Of a stretch of DNA of 64,000 nt, positions 39,640-60,213 are shown piece by piece. The notes under the pieces are model-generated. The model made no database searches, was not told the origin of the DNA, and was given only the letters and a program-made list of their open reading frames with translations. The translations under genes and the position numbers were made by a program. The number at the start of each line of letters is the position of its first letter. Position 1 is the first letter of the stretch. Origin of the DNA: Eledone cirrhosa (Eukaryota); NCBI GenBank assembly GCA_964016885.1, contig OZ024753.1:310001-374000 (forward strand). Direction: 5' to 3'.

Positions 39640-40547
39640 TTTATCAAAGTTCTTTCGTTGCACATCTGCAACATCGTCAGTGGTGCTATTGTTTCTCCCG
39701 TTACATTGTATGTCTACGCCATTTTTATTTAGTCTGTCTATATATTTAATTATTTGTTTGTTTGTTATTTTATTTTGTCTTCTTTGCGCATGCGTTTGCG
39801 TGTGTGTATAGTGTTTTGTTTGATGTGTGTTCGTGATTTTATTCTATGTATTCTATGTATTCTATCTTTACTAGTGTGTATTTATATGTGTTTGTTGTTA
39901 TTGTGCTTGTGTATGTATTTATTTATTTATACTTCTCTTAGGTCAGTGTTGTTTGTTTGGGTGTTGTTGTTATTCCATTCATTCTTTCTGTTTAGTCTTG
40001 GCCTTCTAAGTTCTATTTCACTGGCCTCTCTGATTTGCCTATCTGCTGGGGGTCATTTCTATGTTTAGATATTATTCTAATTTCTATGTTGTCTATGTTA
40101 CCGTCGTGTTGTTGTCTGGCATGTTCGTATAGTACTGACCCGTTTTTTCGTCCTTTTAGTTCCCCCAGTGTTGGTCTATCCTTTCACCTATGCTACGAGC
40201 TGTCTCGCCTATGTATGTTGTTGTCATGTTTCTGCAAGTACCCACTGTACATCTTATGCTATAGACTACGTTTCTAGTTTTACAGTTTATCCGGGGGTTT
40301 ACCTTACATATGATACATTTCCTATTAGTACAGTGGGTTTTCTTAAAAGGGTAGGTTTTGCTGATCAGGGATTTTATGGTGGTTCCTGGCTTTTCTACCA
40401 CCTTAATCTTTAAGTGGGTCTTTCTCAGGGCCTTTCTACACTGGTTAGCTAATTTCCCTCCAGGGGTAGCGTCCACAAACATGACACTCTGGTATCTCTG
40501 GTTGTCGTACCATGAGGTGGCTTTCCCTATCTTATGTCTAGCCCTAT

Positions 40548-40548
<1 letters not shown>
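39640..40548 (-). mobile_element. Penelope-like element (Naiad-type) 3' portion: GIY-YIG endonuclease remnant plus pseudo-LTR
   Basis: VMFVDATPGGKLA...KVVEKPG...C..CxxC...C...NVVY.I.C...YIGETARS..ER..QH*, then via frameshifts SVLYEHARQQH...RQIREA..I...LNRKNEW; downstream hammerhead. Confidence 0.85.
39643..39685 (-). ncRNA. Minimal hammerhead motif in the PLE 3' region
   Basis: CUGACGA-t-gttgca/tgcaac-GAAAGAACUU; stem I imperfect. Confidence 0.55.
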
Positions 40549-41872
<1,324 letters not shown>

Positions 41873-41937
41873 CGTCTAACCCACGCTAGCGTGGAAGATA
41901 GACCTTAGACGATGATGATGATATATATTACATAAAT

Positions 41938-42000
<63 letters not shown>

Positions 42001-42200
42001 AGAGAAGATTGACTGATTACATAAGAAAGTAACTCATTAAGTGAACAATCAACAACCAGAGGGTTTTGTTGCTGATGTTGGTGTTTGTTGTGGTTGTAAT
42101 GGTGGTGGTGTTATTTAGATTTTTAAATTATTTGCTACGAACAAAGAACAAATTATGATTCCAACGGTACCTATAGTACCTGGTATCAATATTTGAATTC

Positions 42201-42386
42201 GGCGGTGGATTGGCAGTATCGGTAGAGGGTCGGACGCCATGCTTTCCAGCATAGTTACGTCCCTTTACGATCTGAGTTCAAATCCCGCCGAGGTTGACTT
42301 TGCCTTTCATCCTTACGGGGTCGATAAAATAAAGTACCAGTAATGCACTGGGTAATTTGCTGGCCTTGTGCCTAACGTAGAAACAA
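42201..42386 (+). mobile_element. tRNA-derived SINE, full length, with TSD
   Basis: Flanked by the direct repeat aatatttgaattc(gg). Confidence 0.88.
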
Positions 42387-42881
42387 ATATTTGAATTCGG
42401 AATAGCTATCACTTTTGTTGATAACTTTATGGAAAGTCCAATGGAAACGTTGTTTCCTTGGTCCGATTTGACGAATTCTACCACATTCGGTAAGCGAATC
42501 AGGTCGGATCTTGTCGATCGATTCGTTTTGATATATATATATAAAGAGAGTGTTGAAGTTCACTTGAACCATTGTGGAATAATAAAATTGATCGCTTTAG
42601 AAGCCTCAACAATGCAGATGGGTAAATCTCTGAGTAACAGAATCAGGTGGAAATGAGAGAGAGAGGTGTAAGAGGAAATGTAGAATGAGACGTAGAGGGT
42701 GTAGAGGAACGTAGGAAAGGTGTAAAAATAATAACACGAGATAGAGTTACCTTGGAAGTGATTTAATTATCCCTATATTTCAGATTTCGCATCCATCAAC
42801 TGGGGGTTTATCGAGGGGAAAAAGCTTTTAGTCGAAGAGGGCAACACCTGGCCTCTGTTGTTTACCGTATGCGTACAACTG

Positions 42882-42957
<76 letters not shown>

Positions 42958-43192
42958 GAGACACATCGCAATAGAAACACAAACCTTCCATCTCAATTTT
43001 ACTTTTGAAAATCATAAGAAGTGTGAAACCGCTAAAGTAAATGAATATTCTTAAAAGACTGCAGTTGCATTTTCAATTTCTTTTCCTTATATTTTATATA
43101 AGTGAAGGCGAAACTTCACAGAAGTATATTTATTAAAGATTATTTTTCATCTTTAACCCGACAGAATGAATAATTTTATAATTGTTGCATTA

Positions 43193-43235
43193 AATATAAC
43201 CGGTTTCGATTGGTATAACAATCTTATCAGATATT
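43193..43235 (-). ncRNA. Minimal hammerhead with G8-to-A change
   Basis: aatat-CUGAUAA-gattg/caatc-GAAAC-CG-GUU-atatt; palindromic stem III ACCGGT. Confidence 0.55.
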
Positions 43236-43959
43236 AGGTATTAAATATTAGATATTCTAAAAACTGTTTTTTCATGTATTAAGTTCGAATATATGAGTTT
43301 TCAGTCCAAATCTCTTCTTATATATATGTACTTTATGAAGGTTTGGTGGTGAAGGTGGAGGTGGGGTTCTACAGGACAAGAAGAAATTTCATGATTAGGT
43401 AAAGCTCGTAGTTTCATAAAACATCAACAAAAACGATATCTGTTATTGCACTTGTTTGACCAGCAACTGAGGTCAAGTGATATTTTTATCTCAAAAATGA
43501 TATCTCGTATTGCACTTGGTAACCAGCATCTAGGGTCAAACTTATAGAATGTGCTCTTTCACGTCATTTTATTCCTGTTATTTTCAACAGTATTAGCTTC
43601 TGGGTTTCTTTCAATATCATTTTAGGTGAAACCAATCATGCTCCTTGTTGTAACTCTGTTAAACATCTGCTAATAAACCCATTTACAAGTACGATAATTG
43701 AAAACACGCGACCTTCACATATGTTTACGTAACCTAGCGTGGTTTCCAAATCCTCTCTGAAAGCTTCTGCTGATACAAATTAAACGTCTTCCAGTTTGAT
43801 GTGGTTATACAGTTCTAGGTACTCTGAGAATACAATACTCAGTCCGTCGAAAGGTTAACCCTCCTCCGACTGCCACTAATTTTTTGGCAGATGAATGAAA
43901 TTAAGGATACAACGTAGCACCCATCAGCGGTCAAAACCACGACCTATGTTATTATATAG

Positions 43960-44425
43960 ATCGTTAGGGCGTCAGAGAGCTTTGCGGTATGTAGTTACGG
44001 CCCTTTACGTTATGAGTTCAAATCCCGCCGAGTTTAGCTTTGCCTTTCATCTTTACGGGGTCAATAAAATAAAATACCAGTAATGCACTGGGTCAATTTT
44101 ATCAACTTTCTCCTTTATAGGCGGCGAATTGGCAGAGTCGTTAGAACATCGGATAGAATGCTTTATGGTATTCCTTCTAGCTCTCTACTGTCGGAGTTCA
44201 AATCTCACCGAGGTCAACTTTGCCTTTCATCCTTTCGAGGTCGATAAAAAAGTACCAGTCTAGTATTGGGGGAGATTCTTCCTCTATTTCTCTTTCTCAT
44301 TTCCTCTCTTTCAATTTCTATCTTCCTCTGAGAGAAATCTGTTATACTCAGGCCTGGATAGGGATGGGCTGCGCCAGGCTTAAAATGACCAAGAAACGCC
44401 GTTTGTCAACATAGCGCCCCTACAA
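43960..44425 (+). mobile_element. Two adjacent SINEs; the second is a subfamily with a longer 3' tail
   Basis: Box A, box B and central motif; tail shared with 63045-63340. Confidence 0.75.
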
Positions 44426-45835
44426 CTCTACCTGGCCTTAACGCGACCTTACCATACCAAACTATATATTATGACTTATATTCAATGCATTACATACAAT
44501 GCGTTACGTAAGTAGACCAAGCATTATGTTTATAACTAATTATTCCTTTCTCTCCCACAATGCACAGACCTCTAAATCTTCAAGCTTCATGTTACTCACA
44601 CTAATATAACTTGTTCTTACTTTTTCTTTCTTAACTCTTTAGCATTTAAACTAGTCATATCCAGCCAGAATTCTGCCACCTCTTTCTCTTCAAACTGGTC
44701 AGAATTCTTTCACCCCATACTAACGTTAAGGTATTGTTTTCAAACTAAATAACATCAAAATCTCATAGATTCGATATTATGTGAGATAATTATGTAAGAT
44801 AAAGCCTTTACCGTGAAAATATAATAGTATATATAGTGTAATATAAATGCTAAAGGGTTAAGAGGGTTTCCTTTTGTAAAACATGGCGAGAAATATAATT
44901 TTAAAAATATTTATTTCAATGGCGTGTCATTTCCGGCTTTTCTCTGGAATTTCGTTCATATTGGAATGCCGATAAAAGCTATAAATATGACTAACGAATA
45001 TTTTGTAGTTCAGCACAGCATTCATAAAAAACATCTACATTCATGTGACAAAGCTCTCACTGGACAATTATATAAAACTCATTATATAATACACGGTTGC
45101 TTACACACTCAATGGATATTTTTCTTCCCCTCACACCATACTTACCTCACATCATATACAATATGTACTATATAGCATACACTAGTACAGCAGCACTGAT
45201 GCGCACCAAGAAGATAAGGGGTACTTTAGGTGGTTGCTCATCTTACTAGAAACAAGAGTGAAATGTCTCTCAAAATGTCTTTTAAAGGAAGGAAACAACA
45301 TTGAATAATGTAATCTTAGATAAACTATATCTGAATAAAAGGTGAAGTGGTCATGGTTGGAACACCTTTAATCAGTATTGATTTTAGGGGCATAATACTC
45401 AACTATACGATCAAACGCTACCTTACCATATACCATACAGGACGTGAGTTTTTCAAGACGCTGATGTATAGATTAGATTGAACCTCAGTACATAAATCGT
45501 ATCTATTATATTGACCCCACGAAAAGATAAAAGGCAAAAATAAACCTGAAAAGATTTGAACCTAGAGTATAGATGCCGTCGGCATTTTGCTTGCCGCTCT
45601 ACCGATTTTGCCTTCAACTATCTTAATTTAGAATAACAAATCTAGAAACACAAAATATGAAGTTAATTAACATGCCATCGATTCATATACAATACTAAAG
45701 CAACAAACGTAACGCATCAACGACGGTGTCTCTACGTGGTTACTGGAATTACTAGAAATAACAGTCAAATTTCCTTCAATCAAACTCTACATTTGTAAAT
45801 AAAGCAAAAGCAACCATAATGAAATACATAACCGA

Positions 45836-45935
45836 GGGACTTATGTACTCTATCACTTATAGTAGTATCCCAATAATATACAAATTACTACGTCCATTTC
45901 ACGATACTTCTAAAAGTGATAGAGTATATAAAGCC
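45836..45935. repeat. Short imperfect inverted repeat (MITE-like)
   Basis: gggacttatgtactctatcactt...aagtgatagagtatataaagccc. Confidence 0.55.
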
Positions 45936-46678
45936 CAGTGTGTCTTTCCTTGTGGTTGTTTAAATGATATACATTTCTGATGGGGATCCAGCTAGTTGTG
46001 AAAACCGATTAAAGATATTTGTCATTTTTTTCCAATTTACAGGGAAATGCGTATATTTGGCATGTCTATAAGCCTAAAATGAGTTCTCCTTGCATTTCAA
46101 AGCCAGATCTAGGCAGGCCTTGTCAGACACACAGGGGTGTGTGATAACTAGCTTGCCTCTTTGACAATATACAGAAAAATATCATCAAAACAAAATATTA
46201 CATAAAGAAATATATTTTACCAAATCGAACCTCTCGTATTCGCAATATTGACTACAAGAGAACGTTTCTCGCCTTACCTCCAGCAAAGACATCAATTATA
46301 GAGTATGCATATACACACACACGCACATACCATATATAAATATATGTACATGCACATATACACACATACCATATATAAATATATGTACATGCACATACCA
46401 TATATATATATATATATATACGCACATACTATATATAAATATATATGTATGCACATACTATATATAAATATATATGTACGCACATACCACACATACCACA
46501 CATACCATATATATATATTTACATATGCACACACCACACATACATACATATGTAAACACACACACACACAAGTATTCAGGTGGGCAGCGCCCATTGAAAT
46601 ATGCCAGCCGAAAGCTGGAATGTCTTTTAAGAAGTTAAACTGTCTCTTAATTTTAAGTTCGATGTGTATAGTTATGCA

Positions 46679-46753
<75 letters not shown>

Positions 46754-47519
46754 TAATGCAGTGCAGAAGAGCTGTATGTCAACAGAAGCATGAATGAATA
46801 TACGAGTACAAAAACCGTTTGTAAATACGACATTCTTTCTACAAATGTAAATACTGTACTAAGAAAATACCGGTTTTGTTACGGAGGATATATTTTAGAG
46901 CGTAAACAGACTAGATCTATATATATTTCATCTATATGTATGTATATACGTTATATTTGTTACATAAATGGACGGACACACACATACACAGAGATACTTT
47001 CGCCACATAGGTTGAATACCACCGCCCAAAATATTTCATAATATATATATGAACATCTTTGGAGCACTTTTGGTGAAAAATATCTTGCTCTGTCTAATTA
47101 TTGGGTCACTTGTTAAATATGTATATTGTCTCGTTACCATGTATGTATGTATGTGTATATATATATGTATGGATATATTCATTGATATACGTGTGTGTGG
47201 GTGTATTTATTGATATATATATATATAGTGCGTGTGTGTGCATTTCATATATATATATTTATGTATACATACGCACACACACACATATGTGTGTGTGTGT
47301 GTGTGCGTGTGCGTGTGCGTGTGCGTGTGCGTGTGTGTGTGTGCGCGCGCGTGTGTGGTGTGTTGTGGTGTGTGTGCGTGTGCGTGTGTGGTGTGTTGTG
47401 GTGTGTGTGTGTTTATTTGACATGATTTTTTCTCAGTACAATGATTATCGTGTTTCGCGCCGATAAGCAAAATAAAATAATCAGGATAAATTATGTCATA
47501 TATATATGACATAATTTAT

Positions 47520-47580
<61 letters not shown>

Positions 47581-48149
47581 GTACAATTTTAGTAAATTAT
47601 GGATTTCCTTGGCAATTTTCAAAAATGCCGACTCACAAGAAACAGTATATTCCCAATTTTTCAACTTCTCTGCAACACCACAGTCTCCTTTTCCTCACAC
47701 ACACAGTATTTCTCTAGGACGTCTCCACCAGGATAAGCCATCTCTGAGTTGAAATATCTTATCGTCTTCCATAAGTGTTTTATTGTTTCATTTATACATC
47801 AACATCAACACCAACGCCGACAATAAGAGTTGTATATAGCAGATAGCAAAAGAGGAAAAAAAAAAAAAAAGCAACGAAACAAAGAAAACAAACATACTAA
47901 AAACAATACAAACAAACAAACATACAAGTCAATGTGAATACAAGCAGACATTTTATTTTAACTGAAGTGTTAGTGAGTGGTTTTATACATTCTCAGCACA
48001 AAACTGCTCCTGTACCAAGCAGATACCATTCTCGGTCAACATCGCAAGATGTTTGGGTCCTGAAACAAACTGCATATCATCGCACCACACACACGACTGC
48101 ATATATATATATACAAACACACACACATATATATATATATATGTACATA

Positions 48150-48225
<76 letters not shown>

Positions 48226-49149
48226 TACACATATATATATACAATTACACATATATATATATACAATTACACATATATATATATACATTTACACATATAT
48301 ATATACATTTACACACATATATATATACATTTACACATATATATATATACATATAGACATATATATATATATACATATACACATATATATATATACACAC
48401 ATATATATGTAGGAAAATGTATATATATACATATATACGTATGCACACACATATATATATATACACACATATGCATACATATATATATATACATACATAT
48501 ACACATACATATATATATATACATACATATACATATATACATATACATACATATACACATACATATAGACATATACATACATATATATATATAGAGAGAG
48601 ATATATACATACATATATATACATATATATATATATATATAGATATATACATACATATATATATATAGATATATACATACATATATATACATATATACAT
48701 ACATATATATACATTTATACATATATACATATATATATATAGATATATACATACATATACACATACATACATATATAAATACATATATATATACATATAT
48801 ACATACATATACACATATACACATACATATATACATACACACATATATATATATATATACTATTACACACATATATACATACATATACATACATATATAC
48901 ATACATATATCCATACATATATATATATATACATATATACATACATATATATATACATATATATATATACATATATATATACATATATATATACATATAT
49001 ACATACATATATATATTAAAAAAACATGAGAAGAAAGAAGAATACTGCGTGGTTGCACATAGGTTACATATGATAAAAATAGTCCTTCGTCAGTGATTTT
49101 CCAACCATCATTGGTATTTCATCGCATTAAAAATCATATACCTCAGGTT

Positions 49150-49872
49150 GGTGCGAGCAATAACTAAAAAAAGTTATTGGGGCCAGTAAATCGCGTAAAG
49201 CGAGGGGTCAAGTGAACAACATAGAAGGATAAAAGCAAACCAAAGAAAGGAAATAAACAAGCAACATGGTAGTCCTGGTCAGCATAAGCTGGGTGGATTT
49301 CATGAGCGAAAGGTACAGACACGTCCAGTGTGAGTGGGATGTAAGCAAGAAGAGACCCACTGTTAGCCAAACGGGAGGAATTGAGAAGGGGAGAAACAGA
49401 GAGTGAGTGAGTGGAAGTGCGAGGAAGCGGTCAGTCGAGAGAAAGTGTAACTGACAGAGGGGGCGAAAGAAGGTGAGAGAAACAGAGAGAACGGGGACGC
49501 CGTAAGAGAGAAACAGACAAACGCAGCCGAGGTGATAATATATAAAAAACATGAGAAGAAAGAACACACACGCACATAGAACAAACAACCAACCAGTAAC
49601 ATGTAAATAAACAAATAAATAAACGAATATAAACACACACAGACACCCGGATGTGGCGCATGCGCAGACTGAGCACACAACACACACACACACACACAGA
49701 AACAAGATCGCGTAGGACAGAACAAAGGAGAGGCACAAAAACAAAGAAAAGAATCCCCAGTCACTGAAGAGATCACAGAATGTGTGACGAAAGAACTTTG
49801 ACAATATATAAACAACCATCTGGTTGTGGAACCAACCAACCGGAAATTTATAAATTCCTAAATTTATAAATT
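49150..49872 (+). mobile_element. Probable PLE pseudo-LTR with hammerhead at 49760-49802
   Basis: gtca-CUGAAGA-ga-tcaca/tgtga-c-GAAAGAACUU-tgac; shares gcgcatgcg and gaaagaactttga with 39640-39960. Confidence 0.6.
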
Positions 49873-49975
49873 TATTATAATAAATTGAAGTGAAAGCAAC
49901 TGGTGCGTGTGTTTCTTATTGGCAACATGAACCTCCCAAAGTATAACAATATGTATATATATATATATATATATG

Positions 49976-50048
<73 letters not shown>

Positions 50049-50052
<4 letters not shown>

Positions 50053-50208
50053 GGACACACTAGAAGAGGAAGACCAAGGTTAACATATGTTGATGCCCTA
50101 AGGACAGACACTGGTCTGTTGGAGATGCAGGATATGGCAGCGATAATGAGGGACAGAGACCGCTGGAGAGAACTCGTCCATGGATCTCGGGAATTTTACC
50201 CGCTTTAG
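50049..50208 (+). mobile_element. RTE LINE 3' end fragment
   Basis: Near-identical to 1758-1916; embedded in (TA)n. Confidence 0.75.
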
Positions 50209-50303
50209 ATAGATATATATATATGTATTTATATATATATATGTATGTATATATGTATATATATATATATGTATGTATATATGTATGTATATATATATGT
50301 ATG

Positions 50304-50364
<61 letters not shown>

Positions 50365-50453
50365 ATATGTATGTATATATATATGTATGTATATATGTAT
50401 GTATATATATATGTATGTATATATATATATATATATGTATGTATATATATATG

Positions 50454-50500
<47 letters not shown>

Positions 50501-50565
50501 ATATGTGTGTATATATATATATATGTATGTATATATATATGTATGTATATATATATATATGTGTG

Positions 50566-50621
<56 letters not shown>

Positions 50622-50677
50622 TATATATATATATATATATGTACGTATATATGTATGTATATATATATATGTGTATG

Positions 50678-50711
<34 letters not shown>

Positions 50712-50761
50712 TATATGTGTATGTATATATGTATGTATGTATGTATGTATATATGTGTATG

Positions 50762-50792
<31 letters not shown>

Positions 50793-50981
50793 AATGTATA
50801 TATATGTATGTATGTATGTATAATGTATATATATATATGTATATATATATATATGTATATATATATATGTATGTATATATATATGTATATATATATATAT
50901 ATGTATGTATATATAAATATGTATGTATATATGTATATATATATATGTATATATATATATGTATATATACATATATATATA

Positions 50982-51245
50982 CTGGCTTTGTGCAGTGCCT
51001 TTGCTCACTATAAAAGCTTCACGGCACAGGCATTGCTTTATATCTGGAGATCTCTCTGCACTTGTCGTCACATGGTACCATGGGCCCAGCACTGTGTCAA
51101 TAATTGTCACAAGTGTAGTGTTTGTACCAGAGTTTTCAAGTCACTGGCTGGACATAAAAGTCACACTTGTTCAGCGGATCGGTAGGGGTTCTCCTACATG
51201 GATATAAAGTAGTGGCCGTACTCGAAAACGAGTTGGCAGCCACCA
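50982..51245 (+). mobile_element. Partial inverted copy of the 6158-6768 element
   Basis: Reverse complement of 6158-6425. Confidence 0.8.
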
Positions 51246-51343
51246 TATATGTATATATATATATCTATATATATGTATATATGTATATGTATATATATAT
51301 GTATATATATATATATGTATATATATATGTATATATATATATG

Positions 51344-51396
<53 letters not shown>

Positions 51397-51641
51397 GTAT
51401 ATATATATGTATATGTATTTATATAAGTATATATATATGTATATGTATATATATAAGTATATATATATATGTATATATATAAGTATATATATATATGTAT
51501 ATATATAAGTATATATATATATGTATATATATATGTATATATATAAGTATATATATATAAGTATATATATATATGTATATATATATATGTATATATATAT
51601 GTATATATATATTTATATATATATGTATATATATATATATG

Positions 51642-51672
<31 letters not shown>

Positions 51673-51713
51673 GTATATATATATGTATATATATATATAT
51701 GTATATATATATG

Positions 51714-51746
<33 letters not shown>

Positions 51747-52011
51747 GTATATATATATATATGTATGTATATATATATATATGTATGTATATATATATAT
51801 ATGTATGTATATATATATATGTATAAATATATGTATGTATATATGTATGTATATATATGTACATGTGTGCGTGCGTGCGTGTGTTTTTATATTCGTTGGT
51901 AGAAATCCGTAGATGAAAAACCAATAAAAACAGTGTTCGATCTGTTGGAAGTGAGCTTATTTAGTGTCAACAAAGTTTCATACTCTTAACATGCATGTGC
52001 TTGCAATGGTT

Positions 52012-52060
<49 letters not shown>

Positions 52061-53924
52061 TCAGGCACGAGACACATGTATAGAAAACATACATTACCAA
52101 TGGTAACTTAATGTTTGCACACTTTCACGCGGACGGACATACACACACACACACACACACACACACTTGGGGTTTAGAGATACCTAACACATAGAAACAG
52201 AGAAATCCTTCAGAGAACTAGCTGACACGGTAGGGCTACCTCTATTCTGTGAAATCCAAACTAAACCGTGATTTACATAACAGTCTGACTTTATAAAGGA
52301 AATCTGCACACTTTGACGGCAAAAGCGGACGATTTGTCTATCCTTGCCAAGGTTACGGTAGCAACAAGTTCCAAGTTATAAATTAATGTCTTTAATGAAA
52401 CTGATAGTCTGAGTGAAACGTGTCTGTGTGTATGTGTGTGAGCGAGAGAGAGAGAGAGAATGTGTGTGTGAAAATAATGGTTTCTGATTTACGTTCAAGG
52501 CCAGCGATTTGGGGGGATGGGTGGGGTGGAAGTCGATTAAATGAACCGCCCCCAGTACATTACTGGTGCTTTATTTCATGGATCCCGTAAGGATGAAAGG
52601 CAAATTGTGTCATTTATTTGCCAATATTTATCAAACATTGTTTTTCAAAATTATACGTCAAAATCTCGACCAAAACAAACACATTAATGAAAAACAGTTA
52701 ATTTCCGATTTAGCGTTTCTCACTCCACTGTAACAATTAATGGTTCGTGTGGACAATTAATTAAATGATTCCTCCTCCATCTAATTCTTCTTCTTCTCCT
52801 CCTCCTTCTTCTGGAGTATTGTGTTCGAAACATGGAAGGTAGAAACTTCACGTTTCAAACTATTACATCAGACTCTAAAAACGAGACAAAGATCACCAAG
52901 AAACCAAGTGACAAAGTATGGTTTGATAAAAATTGCAGTAAACCAGGGAAATGAAAAACTACTGTCAATTAAGGATGTTTAGTAATCATTAGAATAAGCA
53001 AGCAATGCGGAGGAGGTAATAGATTCTTTTTCTTCTTCAATGAAGTTGGCGGAAGATCTCTGGGCACGGAACGGAACGAAACAAAACTTAAAAACCTTCT
53101 ATCATAATTTTATCTAAAATCCTTCGTTAATCTATGTTCCAAAAACCAGCTTAATACTGAGGTTGTTATAGTAAATACCCTCAAATAGTTGATTATTTCC
53201 ATAATAATTTGAAAATCATAGACCTTATCTTTCATAAGAAATATGGTGACGAATGGTTTTAATTTATCAGGCAGTCTCTGCAGGTTAGACCTTCATTAAA
53301 GTACACCGTTGAATAATTACACTAGACAGTGAAATCTTTGAATAAACAAAAAGGCAGGGCGGTCACGACTGGAATGCGTTTGATCGTAGGATTTTTTATC
53401 ATGACTATACAACAACTTGTTAATATCACGTAGAAAAAGTCTCTCTTAAATACAAACATTAAGATGACCTTTAAACAATTTTTCCGATAATTCTTTTTTG
53501 TATTACATCAGAAATATGTATTTGTGTGAGAACATCTCTATCTATCTATCTCTATCTATCTTTCTTTCAGTCTCACTAACTCTCGGTTTCTCTCTCTCCC
53601 GTTCTAATTATTCCCCTTCTTTTTCTTCTCATTTGTTTCACATTCTCCTCCACACTTTACACAATAACTCCCCCCCCCCCACCACCACCACCACCACACA
53701 CACACACACACACAATATTTCTCTTTCATGTCAGCCTACATTTGTATATATATATATATCTTCTCCCAATCTAATTTTGCCGAGTCATACACATATCTAA
53801 CTTCCAGTACAACCTTACAACATATCTATTTCTGTTGTCACTTTCATTCCTGAGGACCTCATACACAGAAACAGAAACTGATGATGATGGTGGTGGTGGT
53901 GGTGATGGTGGTGATCGTGATGAT

Positions 53925-54172
53925 GATTGTTTCTACTTTTGGCCAGCAATTTGAAGGGGAAAGTCGATGCTGCAAAGCATGTTGACCGACCCTCTACCGA
54001 CTCAGCCAATCCACCGCCCTCTTTTAATTGTTTCTACTTTTGGATCCCAGTGCATTACTGGTACTTTATTTTATCGACCCTGTAAGGATGAAAGGGAAGT
54101 TTATGATTTAGACACAAGGTCAATCATTTTGGGGGAAGGGGAAAGTCTATTAAATTGACCTCAGTGCATTAC
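53925..54172 (-). mobile_element. Cluster of deleted SINE fragments
   Basis: Family motifs present in pieces. Confidence 0.7.
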
Positions 54173-54568
54173 TGAAAAATCACTTGTAAGCATTTTTCGG
54201 TGAGTCCATCTTTAAAAGAACCTCCATTTTCTGGATAAAAGTAATTTATTTTTTTCGCATACTTTTTTTGTTGTTAAAAGTAAAGACCCATCATTCGGGA
54301 GCTCTCTCTAACAAGAACTGTCATTCAGGAGCTCTCCATGACAAGACCTACCACTCGGGAGCTCTCCATAACAAAACCATACTTACATGTGCACCTATAT
54401 ATATATATGATTTCGATAATATAGACTATGGCCATGCTGGGGCATCACTTTTAATGATTTCAGCAATATGGAGAACGGCCATGCTGGGGCACAACTTTCA
54501 AACGTTTGTCGATCACATCAGGTCTAATATCTATATTTCAGTCCGGTACTTATTTGTCGAACCGCTAG

Positions 54569-54614
<46 letters not shown>

Positions 54615-54901
54615 CAGCAGCAGTAGTACCACCAGCCCCAGTAGTAGCAGCACCAGAACATTAATGAAAAAGTAGATTGAGTGATGGGCAACTTTTGCTA
54701 GGTTTCTGTTGTCTGGAATATGGTTATTTTAAAATAAGAAATGACGTAACATTCTTTTAAGTGTAGAGGTGGTGGTGGTGGTGGTGGTGGTAGTAGTGTG
54801 GGGATGGGGGAGGGGTAGAGGGTTACTGGGTTATTTGTTCCCCCTCAGTCTGGTAGCTTGACAGCATGGTCTCTACTCGTATTCCCGTCTAACGCACACA
54901 T

Positions 54902-54936
<35 letters not shown>

Positions 54937-55145
54937 CATACACACACACCAACATATATGCAAACATATATATATACACACATATATATATATATATATA
55001 CACATACAAATATATATATAGATAGATACACGTACATATATATATATACACATATATATACATACATATATATATACACACATATATTTATACATATATA
55101 CACACACACATATATATATATACATATATACACACATATATATAT

Positions 55146-55243
<98 letters not shown>

Positions 55244-55260
55244 TATATATATATATATAT

Positions 55261-55305
<45 letters not shown>

Positions 55306-55335
55306 TTATATATATATATATATATATACACACAC

Positions 55336-55369
<34 letters not shown>

Positions 55370-55418
55370 TATATATATATATATATACACACACATATAT
55401 ATATATATATACACACAC

Positions 55419-55472
<54 letters not shown>

Positions 55473-55615
55473 TAGAGTGACAGAAAGAGAATGAGAAGAT
55501 AAAAGAAGAGAAATAAAGAAAAACAAAAACAAGAAAAATATAGAAACCATACAAGAAAGAAATGTATTGAAATTTTAAACTATGGGTTTTTACCCCAAAT
55601 ATATATATATATATA

Positions 55616-59543
<3,928 letters not shown>

Positions 59544-59549
59544 TATATA

Positions 59550-59639
<90 letters not shown>

Positions 59640-59750
59640 AATATATATATATATAAATATATAAAATTGAGATAAGCGGAGCAAGCAAGATTCAAACAAT
59701 TTTTTTAAATAAATTAAAAAATATAATTTAAATATTCACCTATTCCAATT

Positions 59751-59831
59751 GCTTTTACCGACGGTTTCACTTCACAAAAGATTGGAGATCCCTAGGGACT
59801 TCCAATGGAAAAGTTTAGATCATCAGAGAGC
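59751..59831 (-). ncRNA. Candidate hammerhead motif
   Basis: gctct-CUGAUGA...attgga/tccaat...GAAAC-cgtcg-GUA-aaagc. Confidence 0.5.
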
Positions 59832-59866
59832 ATTTTCCTTTCCTAGGACAAAAAGTCCTAGGAACG

Positions 59867-59949
<83 letters not shown>

Positions 59950-60213
59950 GTATATAAATATATATATAAATATATATAAATATATATATATATAAATATA
60001 TATAAATATATATATATATATTACTGATTAGATTGACCTTTTTTATTTATTTATTTATATATATATATTTATTTATTTGGGTTTTTTGGTTCACCACTGG
60101 ATAGAACTGGTCATTCTGTGTGGTCAGCCACGATGTAATGTTATGGAAAGCACTCAACGTAATGCAAACACCTGTCTTCGTTTGTGTAGTTGGTGGTGCG
60201 AGTACGGAGCTGA

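Noticed and set aside
40156-40158. Selenocysteine read-through in the Naiad-like ORF
   Set aside because: The interrupting codon is TAA, not TGA, and frameshifts follow.
48000-55550. Numerous YI/CV/HT-repeat ORFs here and throughout the window
   Set aside because: Artefacts of (TA)n, (CA)n and (TACA)n tracts.
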